A DNA stretch of 64,000 bases from Epithemia pelagica (taxonomy: Eukaryota; Protista; Bacillariophyta). The position numbers and the translations under genes are program-made. Positions 12,101 through 23,871 of the stretch are shown in pieces (position 1 is the stretch's first letter; the number at the start of each line of letters is the position of its first letter). The stretch covers positions 248,001 through 312,000 of the forward strand of contig OX337237.1 of the NCBI GenBank assembly GCA_946965045.2, given 5' to 3'. The notes beneath the pieces were generated by a model that made no database searches, was not told where the DNA came from, and saw nothing but the letters and a program-made list of their open reading frames with translations.

Positions 12101-14409
12101 CTGCAGGACTTGACCAAACACGACATGTTTGCCATTCAAATGCGGCGTCGCGGCGGTCGTGATAAAGAATTGACTGGAATTGGTATTCGGGCCACAATTG
12201 GCCATGCTCAACAAACCCGGTCGAACATGGGCCGTCATGGTTTCATCGGCAAAATTACCCCACAAATCGACACCCGGTTCCGGGACCCGATAAATGGACC
12301 GTCCTCCTGTTCCGTCGCCCACGGTAAAATCACCGCCCTGAACACACATGCCTTTGACGATTCGATGCAAGCATGAATGACGAAAGGTTAATCGCGTTCC
12401 GTCCAAACACACTTGTCCGGTACACAGGGCACGAAAGTTTTCGGCCGTGCGAGGGACCAACGAGGCAAAGAGTTGAATGGTAATGCGATGAGGATGAGGC
12501 GACTCGGTCGTATCCGTGGACGAGGCAAATTCCAAAAAGACTGTCGGTCCACTGCCTTGTGGTGGTGGATAGGTCGTGTAGAGTTTGTCCAATTTGTCAA
12601 AGAGTTGCGTGTACCGACCACGATATCGTTCCAAGGTTTTGTCAATCGTGTGTAACTTGGAAGGATTGTGTTTGGTATAAAACTCGACGAGTCGGTCTCG
12701 AACACGCTCCGTTTCGTCCTGATCTTGGAGCTCCTTTTGATCCGTTTCTTGTTGTTGTCGCTGTTGCTGGGTTTGGAATGGCGATTCTTGCAGGGACGAA
12801 TGGAATGGTGAAGGAGTCACCTTGTTGTTATTGTTGGTGTTGTTGTTGGTGGTGGTGCCAAATGGATTCGTCGGTACACTGGATGGGCGCGTAGTCGTAG
12901 TAGTAGTATTCGTAGACTGGAACAAGGATATCGACGAGGATGCCGAGTCGAATGGCCGTGTTCCGGTCGTTGTCGTCGTCGTCGTCATGTTCTTGCTGTG
13001 GTGGTTTGGCGCGGTGAAGGACAAACTACCTTGTCCAGGCAGCATGACTGCGGATTGTGGTACAGGGAAGGACAGGGGTGTGTTGGACAAGGACACAAAG
13101 GACCGATTGCTCGTGTCGGAACCTGTCGTCTGCGTCGGTACGGAACGGAGTGCCGTTTGGTGGGCTGCGCTTTTGGGATGTGGTGGTGCTGCCACGATTG
13201 TTTCTTCTTGCTTGTGTTTGTCGTCGTCGTCGTCTTGTTCTGGTTGTACATTGGGCACGCGGTGCAACAATAAGGTATCCTGCAAGGACACAACGGTGCA
13301 TTGAGTACGGACCAACTGCCACCGACGGCGACGGGCCTGAACATACAAGAGGCTTTCCTTGTTTGTGTTGTTGTTGTTGTTTGTATTCTTGTCGACTGAT
13401 GGGTTGTTTCGTGAATCTTTCCCGTCATATTGTGGTGCTGGTTGTTCTTTTGGTTCTTTAGGAGTCCAATCCAACAAAGTCGTCGTCGTCGTCTTGGGTG
13501 ACAACAAGGAGGATTCCCAAGGTTCCAGGTCCAAAACGACGGACCATGGTTCCTTCCTATGCGACACAAATCTCCCGAGTCGCTCGTGTGGCAACGGGGT
13601 TTTGTTGTTGTTATTGTCGTCGTCTTGTGTTGGATGATGCACGGTCATAATTGTCGTAGTTGTTGCTGTTTCCTCCGCCGGTGCGTTGAGTGGTTGTTGG
13701 AGGAAATTATCCGTATTCGCATGGGACTCGACTGCTATTAATGGTTCGTCGTTGGATGATCCCAGTTCGTCGTCGAGCCACCAACAATCCTGTTGGGACG
13801 TCTCCAGATCCGTGTCATTGTTGTCCTCGTGGTTCCGTTCCGGGCGAGTGCGGCTCATCGTCTTGTCGTCGTCGTCGTTTCCGTGTCGGTCGTCAGTGCT
13901 CTTTGTTGTAGGGTCCATTGTGGTTGTTCCGAGTCGTCGTACGGACAACGACGACAAGGAGTCGGTACCATTTGGGACCATGGAATGGGAGCGTCGTTCT
14001 TCTTGTTGTTGTTTCGCCCTGCTGGTTCCTTCCAGTGCCATCGTCCTCGGTGTCGTTGTTGTTTGGTTCGTCCTCCTGTGGCCAGTATCCCTTCTTTTGG
14101 AAGGATTGGGTGTGCTCGTTGATGATGATGGTGTGGTTGCTCTTGTTTTGGGAGGCTGCTGCTGCTGTGAGGAGGAGGAGGAGGTCAACCCTGGATTTGT
14201 TGTTGTGGTTGTGGTTGTGGTGGGAATATTCGCACTCCTTGTCCTTGTGGTGGCGGACGGCAGGGTCGACGACGACTCACGAATGGTATCGAGTAGATTC
14301 TTCAAAGGCGATTTGGCGGTCGCAGGAGGAGCGGCCTTGGGTGACGGAGGAAAAGACGACGAGGAGGAGGAGGACTCCAACCAGCATCCCCGAGGATAAT
14401 GAGTGTCCG

Positions 14410-14478
<69 letters not shown>

Positions 14479-15022
14479 GGTTTTCGTCGTGTGGTTGTCG
14501 AGTCAACACTCCATCATTCTTGGACTGTAATACCATACCGTCGTCGTTGTCCTTGTTCTTATTGTTCCTTCCATTGTGAATCGTTTCCAAGTGCGTCTCT
14601 CCTCGCCGGCCAGTGTTTGGAACGAGTTGTCGTCGTGGCGGACCATCGGACGACGATACCAACAAAATGTCGGACAGTGGTCGACACGAGCGAGACTGTC
14701 GCGTTTGCTGCCACTGTTGGTGACGGGCTTGCACAAAGGACAAGTCTTGACGTTGTGATGGGTGGGTCACTCCATCCGTCGTAGTTGTCGTACTAGCGCT
14801 CGTGACGGCTCCATCTATATCCTCGTTATTCCATAATGATGATACTGCCGATTGTTGTGGTGGTGGTGGAGATGATGATGATGATAAAGTGGTCGGCGAA
14901 GCAGAGAAACCGAGAACCATTTTCCAACCTGTTTCTTGTTCCACAGTCTCTAATACTATATAGCGTGAACGAAACGTCGTCCAGTCGAGACTGTCGATCA
15001 AAAGAGGTACACGAGCAACCAA
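6140..15022 (-). CDS. Giant low-complexity protein with a central cyclophilin (PPIase) domain and C-terminal FxFG/NPF repeats
   Basis: Uninterrupted 2960-aa ORF. Cyclophilin motifs [45 protein letters not shown] and [10 protein letters not shown]. Repeats include PVFVFG, PAFVFGQ and YNPFxxGPxFxFG. The start codon is uncertain. Confidence 0.85.
14411..14476. repeat. (GTT)22 microsatellite encoding poly-Asn in the giant ORF
   Basis: Read directly from the sequence. Confidence 0.95.
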
Positions 15023-16248
15023 AGAAGGGAGATCTCTCTCTCTCTCGCACTCTCACAAAAATGTCTCAATCTCCGAGACCGCCGAGAGATGGAGAACGAG
15101 AGAGACCGCTTTCTTGTTGTAGGAGGGCATCCAACACAACGGCCAACCAAGACGCAACTGTTCCAGTATTATATAAAGTGATGGACCACAATAAGCAAGA
15201 TCAATACGAACCACCTCCAACAAAAGAAAGAACGCAAAGCCACGAAACACGAAAAAAGAGCTGCCATTGTCACACCGCGCACAAAAAGCTATGCAAAGAA
15301 AAAGTTTGGGGAGCACATAGCTAGATATAGTAGCCTCTATGCATGTTGCAAGTTCTCAATATCTCGTCTCTCCCTAGTAGACTTTTGCGAAACTCTATAT
15401 ATAGAAACAAAAAGGAATGAACGTTTGCGGTCTGGAAACGAAATCATGGAATCGAATCAAACGGTATCTACCTAGTAGAAACGCGCATTGTCAACGACAA
15501 ATACTAGAGAATCATTCCGAAAAAAAACGAGACAAACATTGTCTCAACAGAGAGAGAGTGTTCCTATTACACGCTCATTGTAGAATGAATGTAGAAAGTG
15601 CCATGGTGTTTTGTGGGTGGTGGCCACCCAAACGAATGCGTGCTCGTGGGGATGGTGGTCTTGTCTACCCCCAACACCACCACAACCAAACACGCACGCA
15701 AACGTCTACTATCATAGATATCCGTAGATAGATTGACTACACCACCACACACATGTGCAGGACGGTGTGTGTCTCGACGCTCTGTTCAGTCGGAGAGTCA
15801 ACGACACTCACCAGAGGATTGTGTGTGTGTGTGTGATTGTCCACTCCCCAAACGTCATTCGGCGTTGGTGATTGTCTTTCTCGTGTGGTGATATATAGTG
15901 TGGTGCCATTCGGTTTTTCACACCCGACACTACCACACCCATTGGATTGTCTACGTAGTTTGGTGCGGTCCACAAACCAACTGTTTTTTGCGCGCGCGTG
16001 TGGCTCCTTTTGTGTTGCGTCTCTCTCTCCCCTCAAACAAGAAGGAACGAGGAGAAGAGAGCAATCACCAACACCAAGTGTGTGTCGATGCGAAACTACT
16101 GGAGAGTGTGCTCTCTGTTGTTGTGGTTGGAAGAATCATCACTGCCAACAAAAGAGAAGGAGTGGTAGTCGGGATTGTGTTTGGAACGGCGGAGAAGCAC
16201 GCGTCCGTTTCCCCTTGTGTGGTTTGGAGCCACAGTGTGTGTGTGTTG

Positions 16249-16665
16249 TTAGGAATGGCCGAGTAGGAGGAACACCAGTGCGACAATCACTCCGGGCACT
16301 ACGAGAAACAAGAGGCATAACAGAGGCAAGACACCGGTACCATCGGTCGTCAGATATCAGTACACTTCGTCTCGAATCGTCTTCCACGAACATCCACAGC
16401 AATCACAGCAATCACCACCCTCCTCGTCTTGTTCCATTGGAGAAGGACACCGACCGTCCCCCAGGAGATGGGTCGTCGTCGTGGGAATCCTCATGACGAG
16501 GTTCGACTCGGGAACTGGATCCGACAATGAGGACACTGCCGTGGAGGACGACGACTCGGTTCCGGTCTCGTTGTTGTCGGCTGGGACGGAGACTGCATGT
16601 TCTCCTTCTTGAAAGACAGCGTGGTGGTGGAAGACGTGACTTGTCGTCCGGGATCCTTTCATCAT
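16249..16665 (-). pseudogene. Small tail-anchored membrane protein with one in-frame TGA (pseudogene or readthrough)
   Basis: The frame MMKGS...GDCCDCCGCSWKTIRDEVY stops at TGA 16359-16357. It continues as YLTTDGTGVLPLLCLLFLVVPGVIVALVFLLLGHS to TAA 16251-16249, a clear hydrophobic helix. Confidence 0.5.
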
Positions 16666-17607
16666 TGTGTGGTATGGAGTCTCGTTGTGTCGTGTGGGCT
16701 TGTCGTCGTTGTTGAGAATCCAGGCGATTGTGGTGTGGTTTCTATGAGTTGTGTTGCTTCGCCCTTTTTGTGGAGTGTCGTGGGTGTTGTGGGTCCGACG
16801 ACGGACGCAATGAGAGAGAGATGCAACGACTCCCGTGCCTCACGTGTTCTCGTCGTATTATTGCTCTCTCGTTGTGTGTGTGTTGTGTATTTGGGTTTCT
16901 TGTTCTCACTCTCACTGCAATTTAGGATATCAGGAACGAATTCTTCGTTTCTTGCCGTGTCGGGATCGGCAATCGTCGTCTTGGAGGGAGACGCTCCCGT
17001 TTCCGTTCGGGGGGGGGGGTATATGGTAAAGAAGGCCCTCTCTTTTAAATAAGATGGGTTCCAAAGTGTGCCCCCCTTTTCAAGCGCGATCCATCCGCGA
17101 ATCCTGCTGGATCGCGATCCCGTTTGGATCGCATATCCGCAAAAAAGATCCAGTGTATCTTTTTCGGAAACAACTGGATGTGTATAATAGGAACGACAAT
17201 CGACAATCGACAATCGACACAAAACCGTTTGCAAGAGAAAAGAGGGCGAGTGGAAGAAGAAGAAGAAGAAGAAGAAAGTGTGTGTGTATATATAACTCTC
17301 AGGACAGGAAGACCAAACGGCAGAGCGAGTGAGCCACAGAGAGAGAAAAAAAGAGCTCCCCCCACAAAACCACGACGACGACGAGGAACGACACCACCAA
17401 CCACGGACCGATTCACGGACTCTCTCCTCCAAGGACAGTTTGTGTGGAACAGTGTGTGTCGTTTTGTGCATCGTTCCAAAACGAACAAGACGAAGACGAA
17501 GAAACCAGTGGTGCCGGCTTTATATCCAAGAGTTTCCTGTGTAAAAGGCGTTACAAACAGACCAAGAACTCTCGCTGTCTCTCTCGTTCCCTCTGAATAC
17601 GACTCCT

Positions 17608-19499
17608 ATGAATCGTATTGCTCGAAGGAGGATGGTTCGTCATTCGGGGATGCGTCCTTCGGGCTTTCGTGTCATCAACAGGATGATGGTAGTAGTGCCC
17701 TTGCTCTTGTTCGAATGTCCTTATATTTGGCGGGGACAACAGCAGCAGGGGGTCCTGTTGGTGCAAGCCTTTTCGTCGTGGCAACCACGAGCACAACCAA
17801 GAACACCACCAATGAGACCATGGCACTCGTCATTTTGCGGCGGTACGAGTCGTCTACCGGTAGGTCAAACTCCACCACAATCACCACAACGACACGATGA
17901 GATCTGTCCACCCCACCACTGCAACGACGACAAGTACAATCCCAAGAACAAGAACAGGAATACTCCAGAGTCGCTTCTTCTTTCTTCTTTTGGTGTGGTT
18001 CGGCAGACCAGGGAACCGTCGCGTCCCATCCGGACCACAACGACAAGACGTCATTCGGTACGACAATGGCACCAAGTACTCCACAAGGTCTGGCACCGTC
18101 TTCATCCTACCCGAATAGTAATAGACAAGACGAATACCAGAAGGAATCCAACAACGCCCCATTCGTGGGTTCGGACGCGGCCGCCGCCGCGGCCATGTTC
18201 CCCTTTACGCACGACCAGGACAAGGTCAATACAGCCGTGTGGATTGCCCGGATTGGTCGATCCTGTGTGGCCATTGCCGTGGGCTATGCCCTGGCCAAGC
18301 TCAAGCATCGATTGCTCGCGCAATGGACCAATTATCAAATTGCCCATGCGCACGATGCCAATCAAGAAGAAGACGAGCCGCATCATTTGCACTTTTACAA
18401 TCTCGTATTGAATACCATCATTGTCTGTTTGGTCACGCTCCGCATTGGCAGAATTTGTCACATTCACGGCGCTCGAGCCGGTTTGCAATCCTTTTTTGCC
18501 GCCAGTGGCTTGGGCGCCGTCGTCTTTGGCATTGCCAGTCGACATGTCGCCGAACAAGTTGTCGGCGGCTTGGTCTTGGCCGCGACGGACGTGTATGAAG
18601 AAGGCGACAAGATTTGCTTGCCCGAATCCAATAATCTCCATGGCTTTGTCCGCCGCGTCGGGTTGCTCGATACCGATATTGAAAGTTTGGATCATACCCT
18701 GATTCAAATTCCCAATTCCCGCATCTTGACGCAACACGTGGTCAACTTGTCGCGCGTCAAGCGCTCCCGCGTCCATCAAACCATTCGACTCTCGTACCAG
18801 GATTTACCAAAGGTCCCCGCCTTGGTCCAACGCATTCCCCTCTTGATTGAACAAGCGGCGTCGCCCCTCGTCTTGCCCACCAGCCACGCACAACGTCCCA
18901 TTCGCGCGCACTTGACCAATTTGTGTCACGATCATGTCGAAGTCGTCGTCACGTGTCATTTGCAATGTCGACCAGGATCGCCCGCCTTTTTGCAAGGACG
19001 ACAGCAAGTCTTGTTGGCCATTACCCAAGCCATCAAGGAGTGTCGCGCCGAATTTGCCTTGCCCACGTCCGTGTGGGAAACCCAAGCAACCGATGACGCC
19101 GCGGACCACAACGACAACGACCATGAAAGACTCCCTCGAGTCGTTTCATCACCGTCCTTGTTTGTGGATCCGACCGTAAGGGCCCAGGACTTGTCGTCGT
19201 CATCGTCGTCCACCCATTTGGACACGAGCACGACCACACCACCACTACTACAAGACGAAAACGAACAACAACAACAACAACAAGAACCAGACTTGTCGTT
19301 GAGTGATGAAGAATACGATACTCTGGTCTTGAACGAAGAGGAGGAGGAACCATCGCAACAAGAAGAAGAAAAAAAGACCAACAAGAAGAACAAGAAGAAC
19401 CCACGGAAGATACACAAGATGTTGGGCTCGTTTCCCAAACCAAACCATTCGGACCAGAATAATTGTCGAGTCGGATGGAACGAACCACAAAGAGAATGA
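17608..19499 (+). CDS. MscS-family mechanosensitive ion channel, probably with an N-terminal targeting exon
   Basis: The ORF 18066-19499 carries the MscS core: GLGAVVFGIAS, YEEGDKI, GFVRRVGLLDT, IPNS, VNLSR. The upstream frame from 17608 can be spliced in phase 0 from donors at 18058, 18076 or 18118 to the CAG acceptor ending at 18218. The exon model is inferred. Confidence 0.8.
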
Positions 19500-20079
19500 T
19501 AGGACCAGAACTGGAACCACGGACCTCTCCGTGTCGTGCCTGGGGGCGTGTGTGTCAACCTTTGGAACCGCGCCAGAACCATGCCTCTCATCGAGTCTCT
19601 TTTCGTCGTTTCGGGATGGTACTAGAAGAGAATATCAAAGGATTGAATTTGGGAGTAGTACCACCACCACAACTCTCTATACTTTGCCGAGAGGGTCACC
19701 CCAAACCCAACAGGAATATCTATAATACTACCTATAGTATTGAGAACACGTCGAGCAGCGCACCATCTGTGGAGAGGAGCAAACACTCGACTATACATAC
19801 ATATATTAATACAGGAACACAGGGATTGATTTTGCTATGGGTATCAATCTATCTAGTAGTAGTAGTAGGAGTAGTTGTAGATGGTTTGTCCACAACAAGG
19901 ACCTCTCGTCGTCGTCGTCCTTGGCACATTCCTACCACATCTATTGTGTGGCCGCACACATCTATATGGTGGAGTGTCTCTATTATTATTAGAGGTCTCG
20001 ACACCACACACTCTTTTGTTTCCTCGAACCGAGACATTGGGGTGTTAGTTTCAAAAGGCAGCAATATGATTGGGTTAGA

Positions 20080-23000
20080 AATGTCGTTTCACAAAAAATC
20101 ACTTAGGAAACAAATGTCGTTACAGGTGTCTTACCGTGTCCCGGGAACCCATCGAATCACGGACAAAAAACATGGAGGGAAGATTCCATCAGCCGATCCG
20201 GTCGGTCCTTCACGGTCGCCCATGGCATGGCCAAGTCGACCATTGCGACAAGTCCTCTTCTGACCATCTTATGACCCTTTTGAGCATGGTCAGAAGCCTG
20301 GAAAAGAGGATACACTTCAATAAGTTAGAATAACAAATAGAGATCATGAGTTCTGCAGCACAATTCACAGCGGCCAAGGCCATGGGGCCACAGTCGCAAC
20401 GATACGGAAATCAGTACTCTCGTTGGCCAAAGAAGAGTTGGAAGAAGCGTTCAGGTTGGAGAAAGATGGACCTTTCGGTCATCTTTGAGTCCGACATTGA
20501 CTGCCCCATCTGCAGGGCCAAGGCAAGAGGAATGGCCATCCCTCATCGCCCTCACCACCCCAGATGCAGCAAAAACACAACAACAAGGGGCAAGGGAATG
20601 AACGATGGAAGAGGAGCAGAGGTAGTGGCCTCAGAAAAGGCCCAGGCTGCCCATGCCAAAGCAATCCGCAAGCAACTTACCAGTGCAGAGAGATTGTCCG
20701 CCTCCAATGTCACACAGGAGGCACTCAACACTTTCATGGAGCATCGTCCAAATTGCTCGTCGAAAAAAGCAACGACAAGAGACGCTGAAAATGAAAAAAC
20801 ACAATCAACTACGGAGACTACGGCAACGGAAAGTTCTACCGTTGGTGGCGAGGAAGGCGTGTATGTTCCAACAGCCGAAGATTTCAAGTTTGAGGTAATT
20901 ATGCGTGTGACAGCAGTACCTACGGAGGTGCATGTCCCACGTGCTGTGCATGCGTTGGCGAGTTATGTGACCGACACGTGCCTTGGTTCTAAGCGTTGTG
21001 TTGAGAATTTGAAACCTTTCTTCACTAATATTACCGTTACTGTACCCCCCATTGCCGACAACACGAGTGCTTTGTACGACTCGATTGTGGGACAGGAACT
21101 CCTGGTTGTTGATTGGGAGCTGTTTTTCCCCAGTCACCACTTGCGTTGTCCTCGTTGCCGGGGTAATCTCCAGCGTACGCGATCGAACTTTTCAAAAAAC
21201 AAGTCCCTTTTCCCCATTTTCGCCATGTCTGGTCCCCCAAAGTATGCAATACTTATGGGATACAAGTGTGCCGGGTGCTCGGCTGCCTTCTATGCGAATG
21301 ATGGAGAATTGCTCGCACGACTGCCTCCCTACATGGCTATGTGTTACCCAGTGGAATCCAAGTATGCTAGAGGAACATCGCATCTAGCTAAAGATGCTAC
21401 GAGGATTATGGAAGCATCAATGGTAACCTATGGCAATGGGGATTACATTAGTCGGATGCTTTATGAAGGAATCAACACCTACTATGAAGACAAGACAATG
21501 AGATACTATTCTTATTGTGCTGCTACAGGAAAAGAATCAGAAGACTACGTGCAAAAGGATGGTGAGTTTCTGGTTCGCTACCCACCTTTAGGCGAGACAA
21601 TCCGCCAGCTATATGATGATGGAGCAAGCTCCGAGTGGCAACCCTGGATGGTGTCTGATAATGAGAGAAACACAAGAGAGATTCAAGGGGTTAGATGCCA
21701 GCACATGTTTGCTCACGACCACACCCACCAGGTAGTGAAAAATTATCCAAGACGCCTCAATGCAGCTGCAATGTGGACCATGGCAACAGAGACAGGAGAA
21801 ATTGCTTGTGCAGTGTTAGTGCACGACACATCAGCACTCGAGTTTGCACATGCTGCGGAACAAGTGCTGAGACGTACCGGGTTTTGCCCCAAGGCCATGT
21901 ACTCTGACACATGGCCTTGTGGCAAGGATTTTTGGTTGTTGTTGGTTGATGACTTGGAGGGCCGTCTTGGCCTTTTCCATTTCATACAGAGGATCACCAA
22001 GACGCTCAGACAACGGCACATTGACTTTGGGATAGCCATGAAGGAATTGTTGGATGCAATCTACGAGTACCATCCTGAAGACTTGGAGAAACTTGTTGGT
22101 TCTTTGAAAAATGGAACCATGTCAAGCTCCAAGAAACAATACACAGACGAAGAGATCAGTGAAATGATGGGAACAAAGACCTTTCGACAGAGGTACTCAA
22201 AGCACTTACGGAAGATTATTCGGGGTGGCGATACGATTGTCCTCAACTTGGAGGAGTGGAAGTGCAAATACAAGTGCACTTCCACTCCTGGCAAGCCACC
22301 AGCACGAGGCCGATTGGATCCACACTCCAATCAACCTCTTTTTACGGCCGAAACACATCAAGCACTGGAAAACTGTAAAGAGAAGGCAAAGTTCCTTGCT
22401 GATCCCTTGCCCGTGGAGAAAATGTATCGTGAGATACCTCCATCACCAAGATCAAGCAACCAGCTAGTGGAGTACGTACCTTTGAGAGGAGAGAGTAAGC
22501 TCGAGAGCTTTCATGACAATTTGACGCATTTTGCCAACTGTGGCATGCGAGAAACTCTCGCAGATGCTTTGAATTTGGCAGGCACGGCCCAGTTTAACAG
22601 GGCAATTCGTCACAAGATGAGAATCATGACGAAGTCTCAAGAAGAACGTTCAGTGGTGCCTGCAGGATGGGAAATGGTGGTGAGTTTTGGTAACGCATGC
22701 AAAACAAACATGATCAATATACTTGCCTCGATGTCTGGAGCTTCTCGTCCTCCCTTTCCAGAGGTTGAGAAGCTTCCAGAAGATACGGGAGAACGGTTTT
22801 TCTCCGAGTACCTGGAAACGAGAAAAGAAATCACACAACAAGTTCCAAAGCATCCACTCAACGATCGATGCCAGTGCCGAAAATGTGCGAGCAACAAGAA
22901 GAGGTTGCCGCATGACACGTCCATTCCATTGTTGGGTTTGGCAGAGGAGGAGTCAGAGGTCGAAGATGAAATCCAACAAATACAACAACCACAGACACAG

Positions 23001-23871
23001 CCAGAAACACAACAACAGACACGGCAAGAAACACAACAACAGACACAACAACAAGAAACAGCACAAGCACAGGCAATCAGTAGCAATAAGAGAAAGGAAA
23101 GAGAGGGAGAAGAAAAAGAGAGCGACGATTTGGATGAGAACAACACCAGCAACAAAAAGCAAAAGGTTACAAACAACAGCGAAGCCTTACCAACAACAAC
23201 GATGGCAGCAACAAATCAATCAGCAGCGACAGTGCAGGATCAACAACAACAACACAAAGAGCCTCAAAATGCAGCAAACAGCACACCTGCAATGGCAACA
23301 ACAGCAAATGGGTTGGTGGTACTGCAATCGACAACAACAACAACGACAACAAGACAGAAAAACCAACCTGTCAACCCGTACAAGCAAAATCAGCAACGGC
23401 CAACAACACTCCCCGATCAACAGCAATCCCCATGGCTGGGGTGGTCTTCAATCCGTCCCGCAATGTATGCCCACCGTTCCTCCCTTCGGACCACCACCTC
23501 GTGTCCAAACCCAGTTCTGTTGCGTCAAGTACATGAAGTACTGCGTAGAACGAGGGAAAGGACGTCCACCCCATGACCGACGCTGCCCCAAACGAGCCTT
23601 GAACAAGGCACCATCTTCATTCTCTTGATTGACCTGAATACCTGCATGACAAACAACAAAAAGAAAAATTCGTAGTGAGTAACATCGTAGCAAAAAAAAT
23701 TATGTCAAGATCTTGTGCGAGGTGCAAGCAGTTCCGATCGTGATGCGAAGCACAGACTGGATACGCCTCATCACATGCTACGTAGAACCACGTGAAAGGT
23801 CATCGGATGGTCGGGAGGATTGTACCAGTGTAGAATGTCGTTTCAATAACAAAAAGGTGCTGAAACGACAT
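20080..23871. repeat. (A)ATGTCGTTTCA motif copies on both flanks of the putative transposase
   Basis: Copies at 20080-20091, 20113-20124 (one mismatch) and 23834-23845, plus an inverted copy TGAAACGACAT at 23861-23871. Confidence 0.7.
20346..23628 (+). mobile_element. Putative DDE-type transposase ORF (DUF6729-like family), 1076 aa plus a probable frameshifted C-terminus
   Basis: Motif order: CPRC..YKCAGC, HDHTH, WTMATETGEIACAVLV, PKAMYSDTWP, GRLGLFHFIQRI, RGESKLESFH. This matches my recollection of DUF6729-associated transposase-like proteins (D..YxD..RLDxxHFxxR..RGxxxLESFH). No clear TIR or TSD was identified. Confidence 0.6.

Noticed and set aside
12800-14800. Long plus-strand ORFs rich in V/C/R/L (e.g. 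13686-14399, 13918-14784)
   Set aside because: These are antisense shadows of ACN/AAC/GAC-rich codons in the giant minus-strand gene.
16662-17488. Minus-strand ORFs of 147-269 aa
   Set aside because: Low-complexity, microsatellite-derived composition with no coherent domain.
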